From: Prochlorococcus sp. AG-347-J20
GTDB taxonomy: Bacteria > Cyanobacteriota > Cyanobacteriia > PCC-6307 > Cyanobiaceae
Direction of reading: 5' to 3'
Assembly (NCBI GenBank): GCA_003281485.1
Contig: QCBW01000008.1
Location: 2,925 to 66,924 of the forward strand
DNA length: 64,000 nucleotides
Position 1 is the stretch's first letter. Every line of letters starts with the position of its first letter. Below the pieces are notes generated by a model that saw only the letters and a program-made list of their open reading frames with translations, was not told the DNA's origin and did no database searches. Position numbers and translations under genes: made by a program. This document shows positions 1 to 11,531 of the stretch, piece after piece.

Positions 1-161
1 CCTAAATATGAGCCATATAAAAAACCTGATAATAAAGATAACCAAGAAGCTGGGAGTATTAATAAAACAATTAAAATGTACATGCAAACAAACGAAAATA
101 TCCCAATTCCAGTATTAAAAAAAAAAGACAAATTATAAATATTTTCAAGAAATATATTCAT
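1..161 (-). CDS. TVP38/TMEM64 (DedA-related) family membrane protein, N-terminal fragment running off the window start
   Basis: My manual translation of the minus strand from ATG at 161..159 gives MNIFLENIYNLSFFFNTGIGIFSFVCMYILIVLLILPASWLSLLSGFLYGSYLG with no stop. The hydrophobic N-terminus and LP-x8-SGFLYG-x3-G pattern are typical of the family. It starts 2 nt after the valS stop. It is not in the ORF track because it is open at the edge. Confidence 0.5.
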   Translation of the reverse strand, partial: MNIFLENIYNLSFFFNTGIGIFSFVCMYILIVLLILPASWLSLLSGFLYGSYL

Positions 162-163
162 TC

Positions 164-2926
164 TCAATTCAAAAGCTCGAGTTTTTTTGTAATTCTCTCC
201 ATTTGTACCGAACCCTCATTTAATTTAAATCTACATTCATCAACAATATCTTTTGGAGCCTTATCCACGAAATTTTTATTAGATAATCTCTTATTTAAAT
301 TATCTAATTCAATAGTCACCTTTTTTAGATCCTTGTTTAGCCTTTCCTTTAATGCATCTATATTTACAAAATCCTGAAAAGGTAAGTAAACCTCTAAATC
401 ACTAATTATCCCAGAAAAAGATTTAGCAAACTCTTTTTTATCAACAGCATTAGGTTTAAAAATAAATACTTCAGAAGATTTAGTTAAGGTTTGAATATCA
501 TCAACTAAAATTTTTAGAAAATCAATCAATTCATCATTATCTGAAATCAAGTAAACAGGAACTTTTTCTGATGGCTTGAGGCCTAATTCAGCTCTCAAAT
601 TTCTAATCAATCGAATAATTTCAAAGAGTTGTTGAAAGGAATTATCAAGCTTATTATCAACAAATTTATTTTCGTGAATTGGCCATTTTTGAAGAGATAA
701 TAATTCTTTATCTGATTTAAGTTGCAGTACATGCCAAAGTTCTTCAGTAATGTGCGGCATAAAAGGATGAATCATCACCAAAATATCATTGAGCACTTTT
801 ATTAAAACTTTTTCAGATATTTGTCTATTACTAGTTTCTTTATTATTAAACCTTTGTTTAGCAAATTCTACATACCAATCACAAAAATCATTCCACGTAA
901 ATTCGTATAGAAGTTTCGCAGATTCTCCCAATTTATATTCTTTCAACAAAGCAGCAACTTTTATATTTACCTGATTCAATTTCGATAAAATCCACTTATC
1001 ACACAACTCCAAAGAAGTTTCATCACTCTCATTAAGCAAATCATTATTGTTAGAAGTTTTATTAATTAACACAAATTTAGTTGCATTCCATAATTTATTC
1101 GCAAAATTTCTTGAAGCTTCAACAGTTGAAGACGTATCTTTTTTCCTATCAAAATCAAGCCGGATATCTTGTCCAGCGCCTGCAACTTCTCGAATTAAAG
1201 CAAATCGCAGAGCATCAGAACCATATTTATCAATTAATAATATTGGATCAATGCCATTACCTGAACTTTTACTCATTTTTTTATTGTTTTCATCTCGAAC
1301 TAGACCATGAATATAAACATCCTTAAAAGGAATACTATTCGTAAAAGTATTCCCCATCATTGTCATCCTGGCCACCCAGAAGAAAATAATATCGAAACCC
1401 GTAACAAGAACATTATTTGGATACCATTTTTTAAAATCCGGATCATTTGTATTTGGCCAACCAAGGGTTGAGAAAGGCCATAAGCCACTTGAAAACCATG
1501 TATCCAAAACATCTTTATCACGAACCAATTTAATATTTAATCCAAATTTTTTATTAGCTTCGATTAAGGCATCTTCTTCATTTCTTGCAACGATATATGG
1601 AGTATTTTGTTCTATTGAGTCTTGAGAGTCATCTAAAACATACCATGCTGGTATTTGGTGCCCCCACCACAATTGCCGACTGATACACCAATCATTAATA
1701 TTCTCTAACCAATCCTTATAAACTTTCTCCCAGCGTGAAGGAATAAACGATGGTTTTTTAGAATCAATTTCATTAAGACAACCTTTTGATATATCATCCA
1801 TTTTCAAAAACCATTGTGTGGATAATAAAGGTTCAATTGGCACCTTACCTCTATCAGAAAAAGGAACAGTATGTTTATAATTCTCTATCTTTGTCAAAAG
1901 GCCTAAGTTATCCAATTCTTTAATAATTTTCTTTCTAGCCTCATATCTATCTAAATTTTGAAACATGCCTGCATTAATATTTAAAGTTCCATCTTTGTTC
2001 ATTACATTAATCTGTTTTAAATTATGCCTTTTTCCTATTGCAAAATCATTTGGATCATGGGCTGGAGTAACCTTCACACAACCCGTACCAAAATCTTTAT
2101 CAACATGTGAATCAGCGATAATAGGTATTTCTCTATCAACAAAAGGAACTTTTACTTTGACACCAATAAATTCTTTATATCTTTCATCATCAGGATTAAC
2201 TGCCACAGCAGTATCACCCAAAAGAGTTTCTGGTCTTGTTGTTGCAACTTCTAAGTACTTATCTAAGAGTTCACCACTTTCAGAAATTAAAGGGTATTTA
2301 AAATGCCATAAATGACCATTTACTTCTTGCATTTCAACTTCAAGATCACTTACGGCAGATTGAGATTCAGGGCACCAATTAACCAAATATTCGCCTCTAT
2401 AAATTAAATTCTTTTTATAGAGAATATTAAAAGCCTCAATAACTGCTTCATTTAATTTTTGATCAAGAGTAAATCTTTCTCTAGTCCAGTCAACTGAATA
2501 TCCTATCCTTTTTAATTGAGAAACTATTCTTCCACCACTTTGTTCTTTCCAGTTCCATGCTCTTTTAAGAAATTCATCTCTTCCAATATCCTCGCTTGTT
2601 ATGCCTTCACTTTTTAATTGTTTTTCGAGAATAGTTTGAACAGCTATTGAAGCATGATCAGTTCCTGGTAAACACAAAACATTCTTACCTAAAAGTCTTT
2701 GAAAACGTACTACAACATCTATCAAAGCCGTATTAAATGCATGCCCCATATGTAAAGATCCAGTTACATTTGGTGGCGGAATAACAACACAAAAGGGCTC
2801 CCCATCATCCTCAGGGTTAGGACTAAATGCCTTTAGACTTTCCCATTTTTCTTGCCACTTTTTCTCTACTTCAAAAGGTGAATAATTCTCTAAGGATAAT
2901 TGATCATTCATCTCTGTCATGTGCAA
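164..2926 (-). CDS. valS: Valyl-tRNA synthetase
   Basis: 920 aa. Class I HIGH motif (PPPNVTGSLHMGHA) and KMSKS motif (NNKKMSKSSGNG), plus a C-terminal coiled-coil typical of ValRS. Confidence 0.97.
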   Translation of the reverse strand: MHMTEMNDQLSLENYSPFEVEKKWQEKWESLKAFSPNPEDDGEPFCVVIPPPNVTGSLHMGHAFNTALIDVVVRFQRLLGKNVLCLPGTDHASIAVQTILEKQLKSEGITSEDIGRDEFLKRAWNWKEQSGGRIVSQLKRIGYSVDWTRERFTLDQKLNEAVIEAFNILYKKNLIYRGEYLVNWCPESQSAVSDLEVEMQEVNGHLWHFKYPLISESGELLDKYLEVATTRPETLLGDTAVAVNPDDERYKEFIGVKVKVPFVDREIPIIADSHVDKDFGTGCVKVTPAHDPNDFAIGKRHNLKQINVMNKDGTLNINAGMFQNLDRYEARKKIIKELDNLGLLTKIENYKHTVPFSDRGKVPIEPLLSTQWFLKMDDISKGCLNEIDSKKPSFIPSRWEKVYKDWLENINDWCISRQLWWGHQIPAWYVLDDSQDSIEQNTPYIVARNEEDALIEANKKFGLNIKLVRDKDVLDTWFSSGLWPFSTLGWPNTNDPDFKKWYPNNVLVTGFDIIFFWVARMTMMGNTFTNSIPFKDVYIHGLVRDENNKKMSKSSGNGIDPILLIDKYGSDALRFALIREVAGAGQDIRLDFDRKKDTSSTVEASRNFANKLWNATKFVLINKTSNNNDLLNESDETSLELCDKWILSKLNQVNIKVAALLKEYKLGESAKLLYEFTWNDFCDWYVEFAKQRFNNKETSNRQISEKVLIKVLNDILVMIHPFMPHITEELWHVLQLKSDKELLSLQKWPIHENKFVDNKLDNSFQQLFEIIRLIRNLRAELGLKPSEKVPVYLISDNDELIDFLKILVDDIQTLTKSSEVFIFKPNAVDKKEFAKSFSGIISDLEVYLPFQDFVNIDALKERLNKDLKKVTIELDNLNKRLSNKNFVDKAPKDIVDECRFKLNEGSVQMERITKKLELLN

Positions 2927-3016
2927 ATTTTATTTCAATAAACTTTTTGTTATTTTATCTTGAGAGAAGCCAATTAATGAAAATAATATTAGTTTGCAAA
3001 AAAAGAAACATCCACT

Positions 3017-3358
3017 CTACAAAAGTTTGAAGCCAGAACCACAGGAACAACGTATTGCATTTTTTGGTGTTGAAATAAGAAATCCACCACCGCTCAAATC
3101 ACCGTAATAATCTAATTTTAAATCTTTCAATAAATTAAACTTTTTTACATCCGCGTATAAAGTTACTCCTTCAGTTCTTGAAATAGGGGATCCATTACAT
3201 GTACCTGGCCTTAATTTAATATGCATCCATCCTTCGGAACAATTTTGATCCTCTATCAAATCAATCGACATTTCTCCAGGAGAACCTCCAAAAGAAGCTT
3301 GCCTAGATAGTTCTGAAGCAGCGCTTTGACTGATTGAAAGATTTACGATCTCAGTCAT
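3017..3358 (-). CDS. IscA/HesB-family Fe-S cluster insertion protein
   Basis: C-terminal CSCGSGF motif plus an upstream Cys (NCSEGW) match the three-Cys IscA/HesB signature. The start was trimmed from 3403 to the ATG at 3358 (MTEIVNLSIS...) because the longer ORF overlaps the tRNA gene. Confidence 0.8.
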   Translation of the reverse strand: MTEIVNLSISQSAASELSRQASFGGSPGEMSIDLIEDQNCSEGWMHIKLRPGTCNGSPISRTEGVTLYADVKKFNLLKDLKLDYYGDLSGGGFLISTPKNAIRCSCGSGFKLL

Positions 3359-3373
3359 TAGAAAAATAACAAA

Positions 3374-3445
<72 letters not shown>

Positions 3446-3543
3446 TTATAATAAATCATTCTAATAGATGAAGTTGAAAAATTTAAACTAAGTATTTAAA
3501 TATTTCATGATTGAGGCAAAATTTAATTAATAAAATATATCCA

Positions 3544-4398
3544 ATGTCCTCAAACAAGAAATATAAATTAGAAAACAATTCTGATTTAGAAACTATAAAT
3601 AGTTTTAAAAACTTAATATCTAACATCAAAGCATTAAAAGATAAAAATTGGGGCTGTCCATGGCAGAAAATGCAGTCTCATATATCGTTGATCCCATTTT
3701 TGTATGAAGAAAGTAATGAATTTATAAATGCGATATATGAAAAAAATGCAGATAACATATGTGAAGAGTTAGGAGATCTTTTATTACAAATAATGCTTCA
3801 TGCTGAAATCAGTTACGAAGAAAAAGAATTTGCTCTCAATGATGTTATAAAAAATCTAAATAGGAAAATTATTAACAGACATCCATATATTTTCAAGAAA
3901 AAAGAAAAAGTATCATTAAAAAAATCACAAGAGATTTGGGAAAATATAAAAAATTCAGAAAAAGAAGCACCTCATATGAAATCTTCAATTAGTAGAATTT
4001 TAAATTTGAAAATTAAAAATTTACCTCCAACAATTGGTACAGATAAAATCACAAATGTAGTTAAAGAACATGGTTTCAAATGGGAAAGTACTGATGAAAT
4101 TTTTAAAAAGTTAGAAGAAGAGATAAATGAATTAAAAGAGGCAATTAAATACAAAAATGATTCAGAGATAAAAAATGAATTTGGTGATATTTACTTTACC
4201 CTTCTTAATCTCTCAAACTTTTTAAAAATAAATCCTGAGTCAGCTCTTCAAAAAACTAATATAAAATTTTTAGACAGATTTTCAATCATCGAAGAGCATG
4301 CGGGAGATAATATTAAAAAACAAACTCCCAAAGAATTTCAACGGCTTTGGCAAATAGCCAAGCAAAAACTAGCGGGGGAAATTCCTAAAAGCAAATGA
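3544..4398 (+). CDS. mazG: MazG-family nucleoside triphosphate pyrophosphohydrolase (two MazG repeats)
   Basis: Two EXXE-type motifs (EELGDLLLQI and EFGDIYFTLLNL) and the RHPYIF motif. I prefer the ATG at 3544 over the TTG at 3511, but the start is uncertain. Confidence 0.85.
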   Translation: MSSNKKYKLENNSDLETINSFKNLISNIKALKDKNWGCPWQKMQSHISLIPFLYEESNEFINAIYEKNADNICEELGDLLLQIMLHAEISYEEKEFALNDVIKNLNRKIINRHPYIFKKKEKVSLKKSQEIWENIKNSEKEAPHMKSSISRILNLKIKNLPPTIGTDKITNVVKEHGFKWESTDEIFKKLEEEINELKEAIKYKNDSEIKNEFGDIYFTLLNLSNFLKINPESALQKTNIKFLDRFSIIEEHAGDNIKKQTPKEFQRLWQIAKQKLAGEIPKSK

Positions 4399-5246
4399 CA
4401 AATATTACAACATGGATAGATGAATATCATAAAGGCTCAAGATTCGGTCTAAATGGGAAAATCCTAATTAAAAAAACCTCAAAATATCAAGAAATTATTG
4501 TTATTGAAAATGAATATTATGGTAAAGCTTTAATGTTAGATGGTTGCTGGATGACATCATTAAAAGATGAGAAATATTATCATGAATGTCTTGTACATCC
4601 TGCGTTAAGTAGCATTGATGAAAAATCTAATATACTAATCATTGGCGGTGGTGATGGTGGTACTGTAAGAGAATGCGTTAAATATTCTCAAATATCAAAA
4701 ATTGATCTAGTAGAAATTGATGAGGAAGTAATCAAAATATCTAAACAATTTCTAAAAGAAATTGGAGGCGAAGCATGGAATGATAAAAGATTAGAAATAC
4801 ATGTTGATGATGGCGTTAAATGGGTAAAAAAAACAAGAGATAATTTTTACGACGTTATATTAATAGATTGTTCAGATCCCTCAGAATTTTCAAATTTATT
4901 ATTTTCAGAGTCTTTTTATGAAGAATGTAAAAGAATACTTAAACCAAAGGGAATATTAGCAACGCAAAGCGAATCTCCTGAATCCTTCAAAAATATTCAT
5001 ATAAATACTTTGAAAACCCTCAAAAATATATTTAAGGTTTCTGAAACTATGTATTCCTTTGTGCCTTTATATCCAAGCGGGATTTGGAGTTGGACATTCG
5101 CTTCTTCAGAAGATCTAAATTTATCAAAGCAAAATTATGATGAAGCCCTAAAAATAGAAAAAGGTTGTGAAATTTGGAATTTAAATTTTCAAAATGCAGC
5201 ATTCAAAATGATGCCAAATAAAATTGTAAAAGAACTAGATACATAA
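4395..5246 (+). CDS. speE: Spermidine synthase
   Basis: 283 aa with the GGGDGG SAM/dcSAM-binding motif and DCSDP motif. ATGA overlap with mazG. Confidence 0.93.
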   Translation: MTNITTWIDEYHKGSRFGLNGKILIKKTSKYQEIIVIENEYYGKALMLDGCWMTSLKDEKYYHECLVHPALSSIDEKSNILIIGGGDGGTVRECVKYSQISKIDLVEIDEEVIKISKQFLKEIGGEAWNDKRLEIHVDDGVKWVKKTRDNFYDVILIDCSDPSEFSNLLFSESFYEECKRILKPKGILATQSESPESFKNIHINTLKTLKNIFKVSETMYSFVPLYPSGIWSWTFASSEDLNLSKQNYDEALKIEKGCEIWNLNFQNAAFKMMPNKIVKELDT

Positions 5247-5247
5247 G

Positions 5248-6129
5248 ATGAAAAAAAATTTATTTGATAACGAAAATGCAATTTATATGGGAGCAAAAAG
5301 AAGTCCTGAGAATTGCTCAATTGGTATATTTGGAGTTAATTATGACGGGACATGTTCTTTTAAACCAGGAGCAAGATTTGGTCCAGAAGCAATAAGACAA
5401 GTCAGTTCTTGTTTAGAAACATATTGTCCAAAGACAAAAAAAGACTTAGAGGATATTATGTATGTTGATTTTGGATCAATACTAATTGATAAAAATGACT
5501 CAAAGTCCGTTATTGAATCGGTTAAATCAGCAACAAATTATTTAATTAGTAAACGCCTTAGTCCTATTATGCTTGGAGGCGAACACTCTATTACAAGTGG
5601 TGCTATCGAAGCTTTAGTAAAAAAATATCCAGATTTGATATTGGTTCAACTTGATGCTCATGCAGATTTAAGAGAATCATATATAGGAAATGAACATAGT
5701 CATGCTTGTACTATGAAAAGATGCTTAGAAGTGCTACCTAAAAAGAAAATTTTGCAAGTAGGAATTAGAAGTGGGACGAAGGAAGAATTTGAAATTATGC
5801 ATAACAACAACCAATTAGTTAACTTTTGTCCAGGTGAAAATGCACATGAGTTAAAACAAGCTCTTTTACCATACGCTAAGTCTCCAATCTATTTAACAAT
5901 AGATTTAGATTGGTTTGATCCCAGTTTGTTAGCAGGGACGGGCACTCCAGAACCGGGAGGATTTTTTTGGAATGACTTTGAAGAAATACTGAAAACGTTA
6001 AAAGACTTTAGAATTGTGGGTTCAGATATTGTGGAATTATCTCCTGAAATTGATAAAAGCGGAGTAAGTAGCATAGTTGCAGCCAAAGTACTTAGAAGCT
6101 TAATTTTGTCATTAGAAAATATGCAATAA
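5248..6129 (+). CDS. speB: Agmatinase (ureohydrolase family)
   Basis: Arginase-fold Mn-binding motifs [15 protein letters not shown] and TIDLDWFDP. Starts 1 nt after the speE stop. Confidence 0.9.
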   Translation: MKKNLFDNENAIYMGAKRSPENCSIGIFGVNYDGTCSFKPGARFGPEAIRQVSSCLETYCPKTKKDLEDIMYVDFGSILIDKNDSKSVIESVKSATNYLISKRLSPIMLGGEHSITSGAIEALVKKYPDLILVQLDAHADLRESYIGNEHSHACTMKRCLEVLPKKKILQVGIRSGTKEEFEIMHNNNQLVNFCPGENAHELKQALLPYAKSPIYLTIDLDWFDPSLLAGTGTPEPGGFFWNDFEEILKTLKDFRIVGSDIVELSPEIDKSGVSSIVAAKVLRSLILSLENMQ

Positions 6130-6178
6130 AAAATTTCTAAACTACAGTGTAAAAATACTAAATAAAACTCAATATTTC

Positions 6179-7291
6179 ATGGATTTGCTAAAAAGTCCTC
6201 TTTATTCAAAATATATTGAATTAAATGCAAAATTAGTGGATTTTGCAGGTTGGGAAATGCCCATATCATTTTCCGGATTGATTAAAGAGCATGAATCAGT
6301 TAGATCTTCAGCAGGATTATTTGATATTTCTCACATGGGTGTGATATCTGTTAAGGGAATCAATCCAAAGGATTATATTCAAAAACTTTTTCCTACTAAT
6401 TTATACTCCTTTTCTGAAGGTCAGGGGCTTTATACAGTAATGCTCAATGATAAAGGAGGAATAATAGATGACTTAATAATTTATGACCTTGGTATACAAG
6501 AAAATGACATATCAGAATTATTGTTAATAGTTAATGCAAGTAGATATGAAGAGGATTTTCAGTGGATAAAAAATAATTTAAATAAATATAAAATTTCGAT
6601 AACAAACTTTAAAAAAGACAAAGTACTTTTGGCACTACAGGGAAAAAAGTCATTCAATTTATTTGAAGAATGGATTGAATCATCGATCTCACATATCCCT
6701 AACTTTGGATGCGAATATAAAATTTTTGAACATATTTCGCCTAAAGAAAAAATTTTCTTTTCAAAGACAGGATATACAGGGGAAAATGGTTTGGAAATAC
6801 TTTTATCTAAAAAAGCAGCTATTAATTTATGGGAATTCTCAATTTCCAAAAATGTTACACCTTGTGGTTTAGGAGCTAGAGATACTCTTAGACTTGAAGC
6901 AGGCATGCATCTTTATGGTCAAGATATAAATGAAGAAACTTCTCCATATGAAGCAGGATTAGGCTGGTTAGTACATCTAGAAAATAATCACGAATTCTTT
7001 GGAAGAAGATTTCTGGAAGAGCAGTCAAGATTAGGTATTCAGAAAAAGTTAGTTGGTCTCTCTATAGAAGGTAAAGCAATAGGAAGAAAAGGTTGCGCAG
7101 TTCTTAAAGGTGAAGAAAATATTGGGACTATCACAAGCGGCAGTTGGTCTCCAACTAAACAACAAGCCATAGCTTTTGCATACATCAATACCTCGCATGC
7201 CTTAATAAATAATGAAGTTCAAATATTAATAAGAGGAAAAAAATTCAAAGGGGTTATAACAAAAAGAGCGTTTTATAAAAAAAATTATTAA
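6179..7291 (+). CDS. gcvT: Glycine cleavage system T protein (aminomethyltransferase)
   Basis: 370 aa. N-terminal PLY..H...[10 protein letters not shown] pattern and a full-length GcvT-like sequence. Confidence 0.95.
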   Translation: MDLLKSPLYSKYIELNAKLVDFAGWEMPISFSGLIKEHESVRSSAGLFDISHMGVISVKGINPKDYIQKLFPTNLYSFSEGQGLYTVMLNDKGGIIDDLIIYDLGIQENDISELLLIVNASRYEEDFQWIKNNLNKYKISITNFKKDKVLLALQGKKSFNLFEEWIESSISHIPNFGCEYKIFEHISPKEKIFFSKTGYTGENGLEILLSKKAAINLWEFSISKNVTPCGLGARDTLRLEAGMHLYGQDINEETSPYEAGLGWLVHLENNHEFFGRRFLEEQSRLGIQKKLVGLSIEGKAIGRKGCAVLKGEENIGTITSGSWSPTKQQAIAFAYINTSHALINNEVQILIRGKKFKGVITKRAFYKKNY

Positions 7292-7346
7292 CTAAATTTA
7301 CCCTTAAAGAATTATTATAAGTTATTGATAAATAAATCATACTTAG

Positions 7347-9143
7347 ATGAGAAACAAAATTTGCAAAGAACTCAATAATACAGATATTGGTAAATTAGTT
7401 AATTTATGCGGATGGGTAGACAGAAGAAGAGATCATGGTGGGGTAATTTTTATTGATTTAAGAGACCATAGTGGATTCCTACAAATAACAATTAATCCTG
7501 ATGATGGTGCTGATCTTTTTAAAAAGGCAGAAACTCTAAGAAATGAGACCGTAATAATGGTTAGCGGAATTATTAATAAAAGGCCCAAAGAATCCATAAA
7601 TACAAATTTAAGTACTGGAGAATTAGAGCTTAAGGTTAAAGATTTGCAAATTCTCAACCAAATTAAAAAAAACTTACCTTTTCCAGTGTCAATACATGAT
7701 TATGAAAATACAAAAGAGGAACTCAGATTAAAATATAGATACCTTGATTTAAGAAGGGGAAAATTATTAGAAAATTTAAAAACAAGACATAAGATTATTA
7801 AAGTTGCTAGAGAATTTCTTGATAATTTTGGATTTACTGAAGTAGAGACCCCATTACTTACAAAGTCAACTCCAGAAGGCGCTCGCGATTTTCTTGTTCC
7901 TGCACGTCTTTCAAATGGAGATTTTTTTGCTTTACCTCAATCCCCACAACTATTTAAACAACTTTTAATGGTTGGAGGCCTGGACAAGTATTATCAAATC
8001 GCAAAATGTTTCCGTGATGAAGACTTAAGGGCAGATAGACAGCCAGAGTTTACTCAATTAGATATTGAGATGAGCTTTATTAGTGAAGAAGAAATAATTT
8101 CTTTTAATGAAAGTCTCATAAAAAAAATATGGAAAGAAGTATTAAATATTAATTTTAATAATGCTTTTCCAAGAATGTCATGGCAGGTAGCAATGGATAA
8201 TTACGGCACTGATAGACCAGATACTAGATATCAAATGTTATTAAAAGATTTAGGAGGAGTATTAGGTGATATAGGATTTAATATCTTCACCAAGGCAATT
8301 AAGTCTGGAGGTTATATAAAATCCATAACAGTCAAAGGTGGTAATTCAAGTATTAGTAACGTAAGAATTAAACCAGGAGGTGATATCTTCCAAGTAGCTC
8401 AAGATGCAGGAGCTGGTGGTTTGGCCTTTATAAGGGTCAAAGGAGATGAGCTTGAGACAATTGGGGCAATTAAAAATAATTTAAGTGAAAAGCATATAGC
8501 TGATATTTTAAAAATCACAGAAGCAAAAGATGGAGACTTAATCCTCTTGGGAGCTGGAGATAAACAAATTGTCAATCAGTCATTAGATAGAGTTAGACAA
8601 TATATAGCAAAAGATTTAAATCTCATTGATAAAAGTAAATGGAATTTCTTATGGGTAACTGACTTCCCGATGTTTGAGAGAAATGAAGAGGAAAATAGAT
8701 ATGAAGCTTTACATCATCCTTTTTGTTCTCCAAAAAATATAAAATCAAAAGATTCTGAAAACTTGAAAAAAGAAATTGAGAGCTCTACAGCAAATGCTTA
8801 TGACTTAGTACTCAATGGATTAGAGTTAGGAGGTGGCTCTTTACGTATTCATGAAGCGAACTTACAAAGAGAGGTTCTAAAAACGGTAGGACTTACTGAT
8901 AAAGAAGTTGATGAAAAATTTGGATTTTTAATAGAAGCCTTAGAAATGGGTTCTCCTCCTCATGGTGGAATAGCGTTTGGATTGGATCGTATTACCATGT
9001 TGATCATTGGTGCAGATTCAATCAGAGAAACCATTGCTTTTCCAAAAAATCAACAAGCAAAATGTCTTCTCACAAATGCACCTTCAAATGTCTCTGAATC
9101 ACAATTAAAAGAATTAGATATTGAAATAACAATTGATGAATAA
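7347..9143 (+). CDS. aspS: Aspartyl-tRNA synthetase
   Basis: 598 aa. OB-fold N-terminus, class II motifs ([20 protein letters not shown]; GGGSLRIH; GIAFGLDR) and a bacterial insertion domain. Confidence 0.97.
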   Translation: MRNKICKELNNTDIGKLVNLCGWVDRRRDHGGVIFIDLRDHSGFLQITINPDDGADLFKKAETLRNETVIMVSGIINKRPKESINTNLSTGELELKVKDLQILNQIKKNLPFPVSIHDYENTKEELRLKYRYLDLRRGKLLENLKTRHKIIKVAREFLDNFGFTEVETPLLTKSTPEGARDFLVPARLSNGDFFALPQSPQLFKQLLMVGGLDKYYQIAKCFRDEDLRADRQPEFTQLDIEMSFISEEEIISFNESLIKKIWKEVLNINFNNAFPRMSWQVAMDNYGTDRPDTRYQMLLKDLGGVLGDIGFNIFTKAIKSGGYIKSITVKGGNSSISNVRIKPGGDIFQVAQDAGAGGLAFIRVKGDELETIGAIKNNLSEKHIADILKITEAKDGDLILLGAGDKQIVNQSLDRVRQYIAKDLNLIDKSKWNFLWVTDFPMFERNEEENRYEALHHPFCSPKNIKSKDSENLKKEIESSTANAYDLVLNGLELGGGSLRIHEANLQREVLKTVGLTDKEVDEKFGFLIEALEMGSPPHGGIAFGLDRITMLIIGADSIRETIAFPKNQQAKCLLTNAPSNVSESQLKELDIEITIDE

Positions 9144-9218
9144 GAATATATATGGATGTTCTAAAAGTTTTTTGTTTAAATAAAATATAAGGAGGCTGTG
9201 CTTAATTAAAAATAATTA

Positions 9219-10829
9219 ATGTCAAAATTTGTATTTGTCACTGGAGGAGTAGTTTCTAGCATTGGTAAAGGAATTGTAGCTGCAAGCTTAGGAAGATTAT
9301 TAAAGTCTAGAGGATATAGTGTTTCAATATTAAAACTAGATCCATATCTAAATGTTGATCCAGGAACAATGAGCCCTTTCCAACATGGAGAAGTATTTGT
9401 AACCGAAGATGGGGCTGAAACCGATCTAGATTTAGGTCACTATGAAAGATTTACTGATACTGCAATGACTAGGTTAAATAGTGTGACTACGGGATCTATT
9501 TATCAAGCAGTTATTAATAAAGAAAGAAGAGGTAGTTATGACGGAGGAACTGTGCAAGTAATACCTCACATAACGGGAGAAATAAGAGAAAGAATTCATA
9601 GAGTAGCCGCCAACAGTAATGCAGATATTATTATTACTGAAATTGGTGGAACAGTTGGTGATATTGAATCTCTACCTTTTTTAGAGGCAATAAGAGAATT
9701 CAAAAATGATGTCAATAAGAATGATGTTGCATATATACACGTAACATTACTCCCTTACATCAAAACCTCTGGCGAAATAAAAACTAAACCAACACAACAT
9801 TCAGTGAAAGAATTAAGATCAATTGGAATTCAGCCAGATTTACTTGTATGCCGAAGTGATAAATCTATCAATGAAGCTCTTAAAAAGAAGCTTAGTGGTT
9901 TTTGCGGTGTCAGTATCAACTCTGTAATTGAAGCTTTAGACGCAGATAGTATTTATTCTGTTCCTCTTGCTTTAAAAAAAGAAGGTTTATGCAAAGAAAC
10001 CCTGAAGTATTTAGACCTTGAAGATAAAAAATGTGATTTGAAAAATTGGGAGCAACTAATACACAACCTGAGAAATCCTGGAGCTCCAATCAAAGTTGCT
10101 TTAGTGGGTAAATACATTGAACTTGGAGATGCATATTTATCCGTTGTTGAAGCTTTAAGACATGCATGCATTGAACAAAAGGCTTTATTAGATTTACATT
10201 GGGTAAGTGCTGAAATGATAGAAAAAAATTCAGCAGAAACTTACTTAAATGAAGTTGATGCAATTGTCGTACCCGGGGGATTTGGCAATAGAGGAGTCAA
10301 TGGAAAAATTTCGGCTATAAAATTCGCAAGAGAAAATAAAATTCCCTTTTTAGGTTTGTGCCTTGGTATGCAATGTGCAGTTATAGAATGGGCCAGGAAT
10401 GTAGCTAATCTTCCAGATGCATCTAGTTCAGAACTAGACCCAAACACTCCCAATCCAGTGATACATTTATTGCCAGAGCAAGAAGATGTAGTTGATTTGG
10501 GTGGGACAATGAGACTTGGAGTTTATCCATGTAGATTGACACAAAATACAACTGGGAAAAACTTATATGATGAGGATGTTATTTATGAGAGACATCGACA
10601 TAGATACGAATTTAATAATTACTACAAACAAAGTTTTTTAGATTCTGGATACAAAATTAGTGGTACATCACCAGATGGCAGATTAGTTGAGTTAATTGAG
10701 TTAAAAAATCATCCATACTTCTTAGCATGTCAATATCATCCTGAGTTTTTATCTCGACCTGGCAAACCTCATCCTTTATTTAAAGGTTTAATAAAAGCCT
10801 CTCAAGATAAGTTAACTCAATCAAATTAA
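9219..10829 (+). CDS. pyrG: CTP synthase
   Basis: 536 aa. N-terminal [12 protein letters not shown] and a C-terminal class I amidotransferase with GLCLGMQ and the HRHRYE motif. Confidence 0.97.
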   Translation: MSKFVFVTGGVVSSIGKGIVAASLGRLLKSRGYSVSILKLDPYLNVDPGTMSPFQHGEVFVTEDGAETDLDLGHYERFTDTAMTRLNSVTTGSIYQAVINKERRGSYDGGTVQVIPHITGEIRERIHRVAANSNADIIITEIGGTVGDIESLPFLEAIREFKNDVNKNDVAYIHVTLLPYIKTSGEIKTKPTQHSVKELRSIGIQPDLLVCRSDKSINEALKKKLSGFCGVSINSVIEALDADSIYSVPLALKKEGLCKETLKYLDLEDKKCDLKNWEQLIHNLRNPGAPIKVALVGKYIELGDAYLSVVEALRHACIEQKALLDLHWVSAEMIEKNSAETYLNEVDAIVVPGGFGNRGVNGKISAIKFARENKIPFLGLCLGMQCAVIEWARNVANLPDASSSELDPNTPNPVIHLLPEQEDVVDLGGTMRLGVYPCRLTQNTTGKNLYDEDVIYERHRHRYEFNNYYKQSFLDSGYKISGTSPDGRLVELIELKNHPYFLACQYHPEFLSRPGKPHPLFKGLIKASQDKLTQSN

Positions 10830-10847
10830 TATTTTTTATTTTTTTGA

Positions 10848-11525
10848 ATGAAAATGACAAATTTTTTACCATTAGTTGAACAATTTCATTCATTGCAAGG
10901 TGAAGGTTATCACGCCGGAAAAAGTGCTTTTTTTGTGAGATTAGCTGGATGTAAAGTTGGATGTTCGTGGTGCGATACCAAGAATTCATGGGACGAGAAA
11001 AAACACCCTTCTATTTCAATTGAAAAAATAATAGATCGCATAAAAATTGCCAGAAAAAAAGGAGCATCTTTTTGCGTTATTACAGGTGGAGAACCTTTAC
11101 AACATAACTTAGATAATTTTTGCAAAGCCATAAAAAAAATGACGATAGGAGAAGATCAAAAGCCAATGAAAATTCATATTGAGACAAGTGGAGTTAATTC
11201 GATATCAGGAAGCTACGACTGGATTACTTTATCTCCTAAAAGACACTCACCTCCAAAAAATTATTTTTTAAAAAACTGTAATGAAATCAAAATAATCATA
11301 AATGAAATAAAAGATATTGAATTTGCTATTCAAATAAAAAAAGAAACTTTAAAACAATATCAACTCACTAAAAGTGAAGATAGCGTAAAAAAAGAAGAAA
11401 AAATTTTTTATTTACAGCCAGCATGGAACAATGCGAATGGTTTTTCTCTTGCTATAGATTTCGTTAAAAATAACCCAGATTGGAAATTGAGCCTTCAAAC
11501 TCACAAATACTTAAAAATTAATTGA
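10848..11525 (+). CDS. queE: 7-carboxy-7-deazaguanine synthase (radical SAM)
   Basis: FHSLQGEGYHAGKSAFFVRLAGCKVGCSWCDTK is the QueE N-terminus with a Cx3Cx2C radical-SAM cluster motif. Adjacent to queC. Confidence 0.85.
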   Translation: MKMTNFLPLVEQFHSLQGEGYHAGKSAFFVRLAGCKVGCSWCDTKNSWDEKKHPSISIEKIIDRIKIARKKGASFCVITGGEPLQHNLDNFCKAIKKMTIGEDQKPMKIHIETSGVNSISGSYDWITLSPKRHSPPKNYFLKNCNEIKIIINEIKDIEFAIQIKKETLKQYQLTKSEDSVKKEEKIFYLQPAWNNANGFSLAIDFVKNNPDWKLSLQTHKYLKIN

Positions 11526-11531
11526 AATCAT

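Noticed and set aside
1965-2315. 116-aa plus-strand ORF, and the other 60-90 aa ORFs at 789..974, 1047..1310, 1081..1326 and 2827..3030, lying inside or against valS
   Set aside because: They are entirely antisense to or out of frame with a confidently identified valS. The products are low-complexity with no recognisable motifs. This is a typical shadow-ORF artefact.
6130-6178. Riboswitches expected by analogy: glycine riboswitch before gcvT, preQ1 before queE (10830..10847), TPP before the ThiO-like gene (26363..26409), cobalamin before cobA (15138..15161)
   Set aside because: These spacers are only 18-49 nt long, far too short to hold the corresponding aptamers, and I saw no conserved core motifs.
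6559-6906. Antisense or alternative-frame ORFs of 60-124 aa inside gcvT, aspS, pyrG, queE, pabB, cobA, ppk, acnB (23052..23381), dnaK, uvrA, thrC, purL, purF, the gyrA-like gene, TPR, queG, DUF502, argH and dusA (60933..61307)
   Set aside because: Each is nested within a strongly supported housekeeping CDS on another frame or strand and has no independent signal. They are treated as shadow ORFs.
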